This document shows, in pieces, positions 19,146 through 28,300 of a stretch of 45,691 nt of DNA. The position numbers were made by a program, and so were the translations under genes. The notes under the pieces were generated by a model. That model was given only the letters and a program-made list of their open reading frames with translations, was not told where the DNA came from and ran no database searches. The stretch's first letter is position 1. The number at the start of each line of letters is the position of its first letter. This stretch comes from Candidatus Nomurabacteria bacterium (GTDB taxonomy: Bacteria > Patescibacteriota > Minisyncoccia > Phycocordibacterales > UBA5272), in contig JAQBRF010000004.1 in the NCBI GenBank assembly GCA_028286645.1, positions 157,501 through 203,191 on the forward strand. Direction: 5' to 3'.

Positions 19146-19285
19146 GAGCCTTTTCACACCCCTTTCGCCCCGCGCGATCGGGGCTTTTTTATATTTATCA
19201 AAACCTTTCCTAAATGAAAATAGATTTGACATATAATCTTTTATATAAGAGTATAGAAAACGTACTCTCACCTACGGAGAAGAAC

Positions 19286-19459
19286 GTGGAAACTGCGACT
19301 GTGAAATACCATGTAGTGGTCCAACAAACGGGCGCCGGCTCATGGGCGCATCTGAAAGACAATAAGGAAGTGGGAGCCCACGGACGCAACCAAAACGAAG
19401 CCGTCGGGGCAATGGTGACAGCGTACCCGAATATCTTCTCCGTTATTGTGGAGAAATAA
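19286..19459 (+). CDS. Array cassette E, 57-aa HicB/UPF0150-like protein
   Basis: GGAG 6 nt before GTG 19286; TTGACA at 19226 lies in the longer annotated ORF; YHVVV..GSWAH..AHGRNQNEAV pattern. Confidence 0.6.
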   Translation: METATVKYHVVVQQTGAGSWAHLKDNKEVGAHGRNQNEAVGAMVTAYPNIFSVIVEK

Positions 19460-19605
19460 TGGCGGAAGTGAATCGCTTCTTCACCGTTATCCGCTTAAGG
19501 CTGCCCTAACCCGGCGGTTTTTATTTGCTTGACTTAGTTTTATATTAATTACAAAATGTAAGAGATTCAAGTTCTAAACCTTTTAAACATTGTGAAGGAA
19601 AGATT

Positions 19606-20070
19606 ATGGCGAAGAATCCTCTTGCTAAGGCCACGGAAGATCTGATCAATGCCGCGGAAGAAAAAGGCGCAGATAGGAAAAAGTTCAAAAGAGCCCTGCT
19701 GCTGTTTCTGATGGAGAATTTCTCGAAGGAAGTCATCGTCGACGTTATGCTAGCCTTCAGTCCCCAGATGCTGGATTCTGTTTCCAAAACATCCCCGCCG
19801 TCTCGGCTGCTTGATACGGATATAGCTCTCCATCCGGTCTTAAATGAAGTCCTGTATGGCCAAGGGTTGGACACTCGAATTGAGAATCAGTGCCGCGCTG
19901 AAGGTATGGAGCGGACAGGAGATCTGGTCGTAAGGTCTTCAAAAATTCCCAACTTAGGAAGACGGTCATATCAGAAAATTGACGACTTGCTGGCTGTTCG
20001 AGGTCTCAAGCGTGGTATGGATGTCCTGGGCTGGCAGTCAAAACCCCTTCAGTCGGGAAGCCCCACCTGA
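19606..20070 (+). CDS. Array cassette F, stand-alone RNA polymerase alpha-CTD-like protein
   Basis: LDTRIENQCRAEGMERTGDLV...IPNLGRRSYQKIDDLLAVRGLKRGM aligns by eye with RpoA C-terminus; TTGACT-N17-CAAAAT. Confidence 0.8.
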   Translation: MAKNPLAKATEDLINAAEEKGADRKKFKRALLLFLMENFSKEVIVDVMLAFSPQMLDSVSKTSPPSRLLDTDIALHPVLNEVLYGQGLDTRIENQCRAEGMERTGDLVVRSSKIPNLGRRSYQKIDDLLAVRGLKRGMDVLGWQSKPLQSGSPT

Positions 20071-20182
20071 TTCGCCCCCGATAGAAATAGCTTCACCTCG
20101 CTTCTCGGCGGGGATTTTTTTGACAAGCATAAGAAAAAAATGCAAGATGTAAGTCAAGCTCATAATTGAAAGGCGTAGTGCT

Positions 20183-20524
20183 ATGTCCAGCTCTTTGTAT
20201 GAACCGAATTTTGGAGAGGCATTCTATCCGTTTTACCAGGAGAGGATCCTCGAAGCTCTTAGGAAGCTTCCAGATGATAGCCCGGCACACGAGCGTGAGA
20301 CGCAGCTCCGGCTGATCGCTCAAGTTCAGCTGCATTTGGAGACCGACCGCAAGGTGTATGTCAACAGCGCGATGGGATCTAGAATTTCCCGTCAAGTGGG
20401 TCAGGATCTGGAGAATATCTGGAGTCAAATCAAAGTTGAGCAACTTGCGGGTTTCTCGGATGAGCAGATGAAGCTCTATCAGACCTTGGACTCAATGGTT
20501 CGTACTCTGTTGGTTTACAAATAA
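20183..20524 (+). CDS. Array cassette G, helical ORFan
   Basis: TTGACA-N17-CAAGAT (20120-20148), terminator ccgtcgc-gaaa-gcggcgg. Confidence 0.75.
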   Translation: MSSSLYEPNFGEAFYPFYQERILEALRKLPDDSPAHERETQLRLIAQVQLHLETDRKVYVNSAMGSRISRQVGQDLENIWSQIKVEQLAGFSDEQMKLYQTLDSMVRTLLVYK

Positions 20525-20627
20525 GTCCTCCTCACTTAACCCGTCGCGAAAGCGGCGGATTTTTATTTGACACTTATATTATAAAAAAGTAGGCTAAACT
20601 AAATTCCCACCACTGGAGGTCGTCATC

Positions 20628-20918
20628 ATGACTTCGCTTGAGCAAGTTGTTGCGGAAGAAAGAAAACGGCTGGAAGCCGAGTTCCCGAAATTCTTGGCGG
20701 ACATCAATGGGTCCCAAGATTATTACTCTATGTATGTATTGGCTCAGGCTCTTGTAAAGGCCAAAAAAGGAGAAGCACAAGCTGCAATTGTCGGAGAAGT
20801 CAAAGACTTCGATGGCACAAGCCGCACCATCACAGTGGAAGAAGAACGGCGACTGTGGCGGTTAGCTAACACCTTGTCCGGTGAGTCGATGGTTCAGTCT
20901 CATATCGACTTTTTATGA
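20628..20918 (+). CDS. Array cassette H, ORFan
   Basis: TTGACA-N17-TAGGCT (20567-20595), GGAGG, terminator acccgc/gcgggt. Confidence 0.75.
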   Translation: MTSLEQVVAEERKRLEAEFPKFLADINGSQDYYSMYVLAQALVKAKKGEAQAAIVGEVKDFDGTSRTITVEEERRLWRLANTLSGESMVQSHIDFL

Positions 20919-21029
20919 ATCCCGTTCGCTCGATTACCCGCTTCACGGCGGGTTTGTTTTTGCCCTGTAACCTAAGCAAAAGTTGGTAACAGAACTTATC
21001 CTATATAATGCTCTGCTTTGATATAGGCT

Positions 21030-21635
21030 TTATTCATTTACCAACTTCGCATATACAACCAATCTCTTGCTGTAGGTTTTTTTTAATTGGTTCCATACTC
21101 CAGCACATGTAATAAGATTTAGCCGAGACCCGTTATTTCCATTAAATATTTCCTCAGTCGGCGCATTATCATATGGATATGTTTCTGTTTTTTCTACTTT
21201 AAAATGGAGTTTAGTTCCATCATTTCTTGTTATGTATACATCATCCCCTTCCTTTAATAACTTTAAATTTTTAAACACCCCGCTAATAGCCAATGCATTA
21301 TCAAGATGTCCCGCGATCACGGCGCTCCCATTAAATCCCGGAGCGGTGCCATATTTGTACCATCCTACATCTTTAAAGTTTCCAGGTGTTGCCATATTTC
21401 CATCTTTTGTAACCCCTACATACTTAACTGTCGTGTCTATATTTAAAGATGGTATTTGAATTGACTTTGGAAGTTCAGTTTCTGCGTATTCATATTTAAT
21501 TACTTGTGGCGGGGTATTTATTTCTAAGTCGCTTGTTACGCGGTCATAAGTTTTATAGGAGTATAGAAAAAAAACACCGAGGGCTATGATAATGATAATT
21601 ACTATTAATTTGTCAGTTTTTCTTCTTAATTTCAT
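21030..21635 (-). CDS. Class F sortase
   Basis: N-terminal TM, VGWY, PG..GSAVIAGHLD, LNLITCAG, RLVVYA. Confidence 0.9.
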   Translation of the reverse strand: MKLRRKTDKLIVIIIIIALGVFFLYSYKTYDRVTSDLEINTPPQVIKYEYAETELPKSIQIPSLNIDTTVKYVGVTKDGNMATPGNFKDVGWYKYGTAPGFNGSAVIAGHLDNALAISGVFKNLKLLKEGDDVYITRNDGTKLHFKVEKTETYPYDNAPTEEIFNGNNGSRLNLITCAGVWNQLKKTYSKRLVVYAKLVNE

Positions 21636-21649
21636 AAATGTATTTATTC

Positions 21650-21680
21650 TAGAAAGCGTACCTCTAAGGTACGCTTTCTA
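21650..21680. terminator. 13-bp hairpin between substrate and sortase genes
   Basis: tagaaagcgtacc-tctaa-ggtacgctttcta. Confidence 0.6.
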
Positions 21681-21696
21681 TTAAAACACATTTAGC

Positions 21697-22443
21697 TTAT
21701 TTAGTTGAGTAGTTTCTCTTTAGAAGATAAACTCCGCTACCGATAACTGCAAGTGAGGCTAGTAGGAATGCTGTATTTAGCAATCCATCTCCCGATCCTG
21801 TATTTGGAAGTCCTGGAGTTGTTCCTGGATCAGTTGTTCCAGTTCCTGTTGTAGCTCCTGTTCCACCTGTGAAAGCAACCGTTCCTGAGGTCATGGCTGC
21901 TGATCCCGTTGAAGTCGTTCCTGTTGTAGGAGAAATAGCTCCTCCTGCACTAGTTGTTACGGAATTAGGAACGAAGCTTGATGGAAGTACAGAGACAGTT
22001 ATAGTTCCTGTAGGAGAAACATCTGCTGTAACGTTACATACTAGAGAAACATTTGTACTGGTTCCATTACCAACCACTAGTGGAGTATCTAGAACGAAAA
22101 TATTTGTTCCGTTTAGAAGTCCTACTAGTACGTTATTTCCTGTCGTCAGCGAAGCGCCAGTTCCGGTATTTACTATTCTACAATTTTCAAGCGAGCTTGC
22201 ATTGGCTCCTCCTCCGAAGCTGACTGCTACTGGAATGGAAGCTATACGAGCTGTGTCGCCTGCTGTACCTGTTGCGCTTAGATTAATATTTGCAATTGCA
22301 ACATTAGTAGAACCTGCTGCAACTGATGCGGGAGTGGTCATACCAACTCCTAGTCCGCTTGCAACTTGAGCAAATGATAAACCTGGGATAGCTACTATGG
22401 CTGCTATCGCGAGGCTTAGAGAAACTTTATTTCTTAATTTCAT
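21697..22443 (-). CDS. Secreted Gly/Thr-rich surface protein with LPXTG sorting signal
   Basis: Signal peptide; C-terminal LPNTG + TM + KR tail; adjacent to sortase. Confidence 0.88.
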   Translation of the reverse strand: MKLRNKVSLSLAIAAIVAIPGLSFAQVASGLGVGMTTPASVAAGSTNVAIANINLSATGTAGDTARIASIPVAVSFGGGANASSLENCRIVNTGTGASLTTGNNVLVGLLNGTNIFVLDTPLVVGNGTSTNVSLVCNVTADVSPTGTITVSVLPSSFVPNSVTTSAGGAISPTTGTTSTGSAAMTSGTVAFTGGTGATTGTGTTDPGTTPGLPNTGSGDGLLNTAFLLASLAVIGSGVYLLKRNYSTK

Positions 22444-22610
22444 ATCTGTGGTTATTTAATCTTTATAAATTGACAATTATAATTAGCAATTATTCACTGC
22501 CACATATGTTTTATTCTAATCTGAAAACAAAGTGGCTCTACACTATAAGACGAAGTAAGAAAGATCTATATTACAAAAATATTCTTGACACCCAGTCATT
22601 CTATTGCTTT

Positions 22611-23114
22611 TTATCTAATACCCGTATCAATATCGAAATCAATTGTAGTGGTTGAAGACTGTTCTACAGTTATTTTCTTTTTCTCTCCTCCCCCAATTCC
22701 TGCAGGATTTACTTGTATATAATACGTTCCTGGTTCAATTTCTATAGCGTATGTACCGTCCGGATGAATCTTCCATCTTTCTTTGATTGTAATTTTATCT
22801 GACTCATAAACTAAAACTCTGCGTGATGTATATTCACCCTGTGTTGTAGGACATGGATTCTCAGGTTGCTCCACAGGACAATTAGGACCTATTGTAATTT
22901 TCCCCGTAACATATCCCAAGCTTTTCGCTGTGCTCGAGGATGTATCTAATGAAGTAGTGGCTGTGTTTTCTATAACAGGAGTGCTTGTGCTAGCTATTTC
23001 TACTACAGCAATAGGAGCTCTGGACGGAGTAGTGTTTCTGTCTAGGTATAAGTAAACTCCTCCGATAATAATGAGAAATAATCCACCAAAGACGATCTTG
23101 CCTAATGGGGTCAT
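22611..23114 (-). CDS. Membrane-anchored protein with carboxypeptidase-regulatory-like beta sandwich (start re-assigned to MTPLGK)
   Basis: TM, GPNCPVE..C, DGTYAIEIEPGTYYI; annotated start lies in the IR element. Confidence 0.75.
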   Translation of the reverse strand: MTPLGKIVFGGLFLIIIGGVYLYLDRNTTPSRAPIAVVEIASTSTPVIENTATTSLDTSSSTAKSLGYVTGKITIGPNCPVEQPENPCPTTQGEYTSRRVLVYESDKITIKERWKIHPDGTYAIEIEPGTYYIQVNPAGIGGGEKKKITVEQSSTTTIDFDIDTGIR

Positions 23115-23125
23115 GATTATAATAG

Positions 23126-23234
23126 TATACCCCCATACCAACTTCACACAAGTCTAATGAAGGTAAACAAGAAAATAAATATTTAGATTATTCTATAAAT
23201 ACTTTTCTACTTTTTAAGTTGGTGTGGGGGTATA
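23126..23234. mobile_element. MITE-like inverted-repeat element, copy 2
   Basis: 19-bp IR with one mismatch tatacccccataccaactt / aagttggtgtgggggtata, 71-bp AT-rich interior. Confidence 0.6.
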
Positions 23235-23235
23235 T

Positions 23236-23312
23236 AGTTATTAGTAATTAGTTACTAGGGAAGATTAATAACATAAGGAATTTCTGAGAACTGGAAGCTG
23301 CCAACTGAAAAC
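23236..23312. repeat. Two 7-nt period micro-arrays
   Basis: agttatt agtaatt agttact; ctgagaa ctggaag ctgccaa ctgaaaa. Confidence 0.65.
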
Positions 23313-24196
23313 TATTTTTTTACCATGTACATATCCTGTCCGAAGCCTCCTACGCCAACGAATTCTACGCAGTCATCATTATTCAATATCCATTCATAAG
23401 GGCGGCATCCTTGGCAACCGCCTTCTCGAGTCTTCGGATCGTATGGTCCATTCGGGCAAACAAATACTTTTTCTGGGCCCATTCTGCCGGCTTCCTTCCT
23501 TGCCTCTTTTACTTTATACGCTACATCAAACACATCTTTATGAGCTTTTTCTAAATCTAATAATGGAACTTCTACTAATTTGTCGCTTTCTAAATACCAA
23601 TAGCTAGCACGCGTCACTTTTCTTTTTTGAAGCGCATTACAAAGCAAAAGATAAATGGGCAATTGCAGCGACCCATCTTTCTCTTCATTCTTTCCAGTTT
23701 TGAAATCAATTATATGAAGGGAGTCCGTTTCGGGTAAGTATTCTATCCAGTCCACTAATCCATTTAAAATAATGTTGTGATCCTCGCTTATGTAATAGTT
23801 GCACGGCATTGTGTCGCGCTTTAACTTAATGCATTTTTTCACTAAGAACTTAGGATCTTTTATTACATTTTCGATCATTTTCTTTCCGCGTGCCTTAAAT
23901 TCATTCTCTTCCTCTAAAGAATTAAATCCTCCCATTTTCCCCGAAACCTTTTTCCAGGCTTCTTCATACTTTTTCAGCAAGTCATAACTCATGCGTGTAT
24001 CGGCTGGATAATCACCCAAGCCTTCTAAAACCTCATGCACAGCTACTCCTAAAGCCATGTGAGGATTTACTATAGACATCTTGTGTCCAGTCGCAGGATT
24101 TTTATACATGTTATGTAAATAATACAGTCGCGGGCATTTCAAAAAATCTCCCATGGAGGAGTGTGATACCCATACTGCACTATATTTATCCGCCAT
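23312..24196 (-). CDS. PD-(D/E)XK nuclease, RecB/AddB-like, with putative Fe-S cysteines (start re-assigned to MADKYS)
   Basis: SHS....FLKCPR, G.AVH..LE, GLVD, IIDFKTG, QLPIY, CP...CQGC; TATACT 6 nt before ATG. Confidence 0.88.
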   Translation of the reverse strand: MADKYSAVWVSHSSMGDFLKCPRLYYLHNMYKNPATGHKMSIVNPHMALGVAVHEVLEGLGDYPADTRMSYDLLKKYEEAWKKVSGKMGGFNSLEEENEFKARGKKMIENVIKDPKFLVKKCIKLKRDTMPCNYYISEDHNIILNGLVDWIEYLPETDSLHIIDFKTGKNEEKDGSLQLPIYLLLCNALQKRKVTRASYWYLESDKLVEVPLLDLEKAHKDVFDVAYKVKEARKEAGRMGPEKVFVCPNGPYDPKTREGGCQGCRPYEWILNNDDCVEFVGVGGFGQDMYMVKK

Positions 24197-24289
24197 AGGA
24201 ATAGTATAGTGCAGAATCTCCAATTAACAATTTCTGGTTTACAAAAAAATCTGCTTGACAATCTATTTTGTTAGATGTAGATTATATTT

Positions 24290-24527
24290 GTGATACTGCT
24301 TCGTGGTGGTCTTACGGGACCAGCTTCCGGCTAGGGGTGACGAGCCTCCACAGACACAGCCCCGAGCGATTAGCGGTACCTACTATGTGCTGTTATTTCC
24401 AGGACAGTATCACACTGAATAAATGAATTACTCTCCGCCTAGGCGAGTAACAAATGGACGGACTAATAATCCGTGCCGACCCTCAGGATGTTGCTTCAAG
24501 CTTCATATCGTCCTGAGGGGTTTTTTA
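24290..24527 (+). ncRNA. Structured ncRNA unit 1
   Basis: TTGACA-N17-TAGATT (24255-24283); closing stem gtgatactg/cagtatcac; terminator ccctcagga/tcctgaggg-T6; no ORF. Confidence 0.7.
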
Positions 24528-24569
24528 TTGTATTTGCAATATTTTTAGTGAGTGATATATTATTTATAA

Positions 24570-24669
24570 CCACCCGCACGCAGAAGTTGTCTTCCATCCT
24601 CTGAGACGATAGATGCGAGAATCTCCCCGATTCGCGGGTGGCCTCCTGACATTTCTGTCAGGGTTTTTT
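24570..24669 (+). ncRNA. Structured ncRNA unit 2
   Basis: TTGCAA-N16-TATATT; closing stem ccacccgc/gcgggtgg; terminator cctgaca/tgtcagg-T6. Confidence 0.65.
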
Positions 24670-24693
24670 ATTTTTATCCCAATTCCATCCTAT

Positions 24694-24849
24694 CTAATCC
24701 CCGGGTATAGAGTTAATTGTGTCCTCATGTATTACGTTTTCAGGCAGGCTTAAATCAATATTCAATCTTTCGGCTTCCTCTACAGTTAAGGTGTCTAAAT
24801 CGTTTATTATTCCTCTTCTTACCGCCTCTTCTTTTGATATCTTTTCCAT
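24694..24849 (-). CDS. Putative 51-aa acidic protein
   Basis: MEKISKEEAVRRGIINDLDTLTVEEAERLNIDLSLPENVIHEDTINSIPGD; TAAAGT 6 nt before ATG. Confidence 0.55.
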   Translation of the reverse strand: MEKISKEEAVRRGIINDLDTLTVEEAERLNIDLSLPENVIHEDTINSIPGD

Positions 24850-24970
24850 ATATTTACTTTAACTTACACTTACGCTTTCAACAATGGGAATTTTCACATT
24901 CTTTAAAAAAGCTATATTTAACAAGGCCTTCTTACCCCTTGACAAATCCTGCAGGTTTGCTATACTGTAT

Positions 24971-25320
24971 TTGTGAAGGGGTAGAGAAGTTTTTCTCCTC
25001 TCCACATCGCTGTTCGTTTCAAACCTTCGTGAAGTTCGGGCCTAATTAAGCCCTTGAAATAGTAAATGTTTCACCCTCGTGTGACATGCGAGCCTAGCGC
25101 TCGCCGACTCTGTGTAGGTAGTAGCAAGACCCCCTTGCCTGCCGATGGGCGCCCTTCGGTAGGTTTATCCTTCGAGAGTAGGTGCGGTTGCAAGTTGATT
25201 CTATTGCGAAGTTGGCCAATCCAGAAAGCAAGGCCGCAGTACCCGGGTAGCAGCAGACGGTTCATCGTCTCCTGCTCCCGGGGTTTGTTTTTTCCCGCTC
25301 TGCATTCGCAGGGTTTTTTA
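24971..25320 (+). ncRNA. Structured ncRNA unit 3, about 350 nt
   Basis: TTGACA-N16-TATACT (24939-24966); consecutive hairpins; two tandem terminator-like hairpins. Confidence 0.65.
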
Positions 25321-25360
25321 TTTGAAAATAAAAGTCTAAAATCTATTAGAAATTAGTGAA

Positions 25361-28300
25361 TTAGATATTTCCTTGTATTAAGTCTTCCTCAAATTCTTTT
25401 ATACCCACCAGCGACTTTTCATATTTGGATGTATCTGGAAAATCTAGCGCACATATCTTTTTATACACTGCCATTATTAATTGCTCCAATCTTTTCACTT
25501 CTTCTAAAATATTTTTATCTTCGAATGAAAGTGAGAGTTCTTGTATTTTATTACCTGTTGATTGCTCTACAAATTCCAAGCACCCCTTCTTCACCTCATG
25601 AGTATTGTGATCACGAGAATTTTCTACTAAAATTTTATAAAACATTAACTGGTATCTATAATGATGCAATTTTATTTTGTCATATACGGTAGTCTTGCCT
25701 TCATCCCAGTCATCATATCCCCGTCCAGTTTTTAAATCTATCACTGTCCATGAATCGTTATCTCCTTTTACTATTTTATCTATCTTTCCGTTTATATATG
25801 AGCCGTCTAATTGAACGCATTGCTTGGCGAAGTTTAATTCTACTATATCTTCTGCCTTAATTTCATCTTTTTTTATTTCAATATATTTTTCAAGCGCTCT
25901 TTCACCTCTCTTTCTTTGCTTCTCTTCTTCATAATCCGGGAGTCTGCCCTTTTTAAGTTCCTTTCTGAATGATTCAAATACTTTTTCTATATCCGGAAAG
26001 GCTCCATCTTTGCGTATGAGAATATGAGCATCTTCTATTGCTTTGTGAATTGCCGTTCCGTATACATTGCTGACTGATTTAGCCTGCGGGAAGCGAAGTA
26101 AGTTTTGCTCGAGAAATAACAATGGTCCTCCTTCCATAACATTTAAGAAATTATTTAAGTGTGTCGGCGGAAGCATATAGCCTTCTATTACTTTTTTGAG
26201 CAACGCTTTCTCATCTTTCGCAAAAGGAGGAATGTGATAAACCTGTAACCCTTCAGCAAGCAGCTCGCTTTGCTCTACTTCTGTGACGCCTTTATCAGTG
26301 TCTGGTAGATCCGGATGCGACAAAAATCTAAGAGGACTTTTATGATGAGTTATATAAAGAGTGTGCCTTGCTCTTGTAATGGCTACATAAAATAGCCGAA
26401 TAAAGTCATCTTCCTCGTCGCCTGTCTGTTTGAGTCCTAGAAGGTTTATCGGGAATGATAATTTATTTCCCTTTGGTCTTCCTGCCCAGATGTCATCGTT
26501 TACTGAAATTATAAATACATAATCAAATTCAAGCCCCTTCGCGCTATGAGAAGTAAGCAGTGAGACAGAATTTTCATTATGAGCAAATGGGGTTTCATTT
26601 ATAAGAGGAATATTATAATCCACATGCATGTCGACAAACTCCCCCACGTCACGAGCTAAAAGTAATGTCCCCTCTTTATAATTTCGAAGTGCCTGCATGA
26701 AGACTCGAAGAGATGAAAGGAAATGTATGTATGATGCTGGATTTTCTTTAAATACGCTTTTACCAAAGTAATATTCTTTATAAGGAGAAGTAAAGGGAGA
26801 TTCGAGGTTTAGAGCAATGAGTGTAGGTTCCTCATCTTCGTTTTCTGATTCCGGAGTCCGCGGAATGTCCTTGCTTCCTATGAGGGCGTCTAAGATAATT
26901 TCAAGCGGAATTGTTTGTGATAATGTTCCAAGCTCTATTAAGAATTGGGCGAGCAAATGCATTTTTTCATCAGTGCTCTTTTCCATTGCTTCAAGCCAGG
27001 AAATGTTTTCTCTTTTGGCATTTTCTGCAACCTTCCAAATAGAAATTCTGCCAAGACCCCAAAATGGGAATGATAAAATCTCTGGCAGATACTCATCCTT
27101 TTCCCACTGCTCTCCGCCCACTGTTGATAAAAATCTACACAGAGTAATTAATTCCTTTACATGCACCTCATCAAACACATTTTCTTTTCTGGTGTATGTA
27201 TATGGAACATTTAATTTATCCATATATGGCAAGATAGAAATAAGCTGTCTATGCTCGCGTGCAATAACTGCGATTTCTTTCGCAGGAACTCCATTTTGTA
27301 AAAGTTCTTGTATCTTTTTGCTTGTGTACGCGTACTCTTCTATGTCGGTTCCAAAGGCGCAGGTATGAATTTCTCCAACTGGGAGGTCTTTATTTTTCGC
27401 TTTTAAATCTTTCCTTACATCTTTATAAATAGTTTCCAATCTATTTACTCCTTGAGTTACAATTGCGCGCGCGAAGTCTAATATCTTCTGGGTGGATCTA
27501 TAGTTTTCTATAAGAACAATTCTTTCTACATCTTTATAAAGCTCGCTAAAGGAATGGATGTTTGAAATTTCTGCCCCCTGGAATCGATAGATCGCCTGGT
27601 CATCATCCCCGACCACGCACACATTCGGTCGTCCTTCATGAACTGGATTGCTCGATAATGCTTTTACGAGTTCTAGCTGAGCGTTATTCGTATCTTGGAA
27701 TTCGTCAACCATTATGTAGTGATAAAGCTCTTCAATCTCAGTGCGAAGTGTTTCATTCTTTGAAAGAGCGTCCACCACTTGTAAAATCATGTCTTCATAA
27801 TCGAAATATCCTTCTTTGTATAATGCCTTTTGATACATTTTATAAATATCTACTAAGGCATACAGCTTAGACAATGATAGAAAATCTTTAAACACCCTGT
27901 TTCCATCTTCATCCTTACCTGTATATTCTGTCTTCCATCCAGATAGCGGCGTATTTTTCTCTGTGGCTTCTGCTAATGTAAGAGCGTTTTCTATGCTCTT
28001 CGCATACATTGATCCGATATTTGTGCCGCTTTTCTCAAACTCCATTCGCATTACTTCAAAAGCGGAAATAGAATCTTTCCCGATGCGTTCTGGCAGGTGT
28101 TCGGAAAGTATTTTATTTAATTCTACAAGAGCTTTTTCATTTTCTTCTAATATTTCTTTAAATCTGTCTGGAGATAATCCGCCCTTTTTTATATCCTTAA
28201 TTCTTCCCTGCGCTTCTTTTAGATAGGCATATCCTCGTTCCGGATGATATCCCCCTAAAACATGCTTATGCTCTAATCTTTCAAATATGTTTTTTAAAAT

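Noticed and set aside
16108-20962. Classical integron cassette array
   Set aside because: No RYYYAAC...GTTRRRY attC structures or intI seen, and each gene has its own promoter and terminator
16108-20962. Prophage remnant
   Set aside because: No phage structural, replication or integrase genes; identical-style units are scattered singly between housekeeping genes. Not fully excluded
21869-22369. 166-aa plus-strand ORF
   Set aside because: Antisense shadow of the LPXTG protein
23312-24196. Cas4 / CRISPR system
   Set aside because: No cas1/cas2 and no repeat-spacer array in the window; AddB-like context is more parsimonious
24290-24414. 5S rRNA
   Set aside because: Size fits but conserved 5S motifs (CCGAAC, GATGGTA, GAGAGTAGG) are absent
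24971-25320. tmRNA or RNase P RNA
   Set aside because: No T-arm plus CCA end and no GAAAGTCC / ACAGAA...GCTTA P4 motifs recognised
24717-25356. ORFs 24717-25049, 25066-25356 and 25071-25265
   Set aside because: They cross promoters or terminators, lack initiation signals and have unnatural composition
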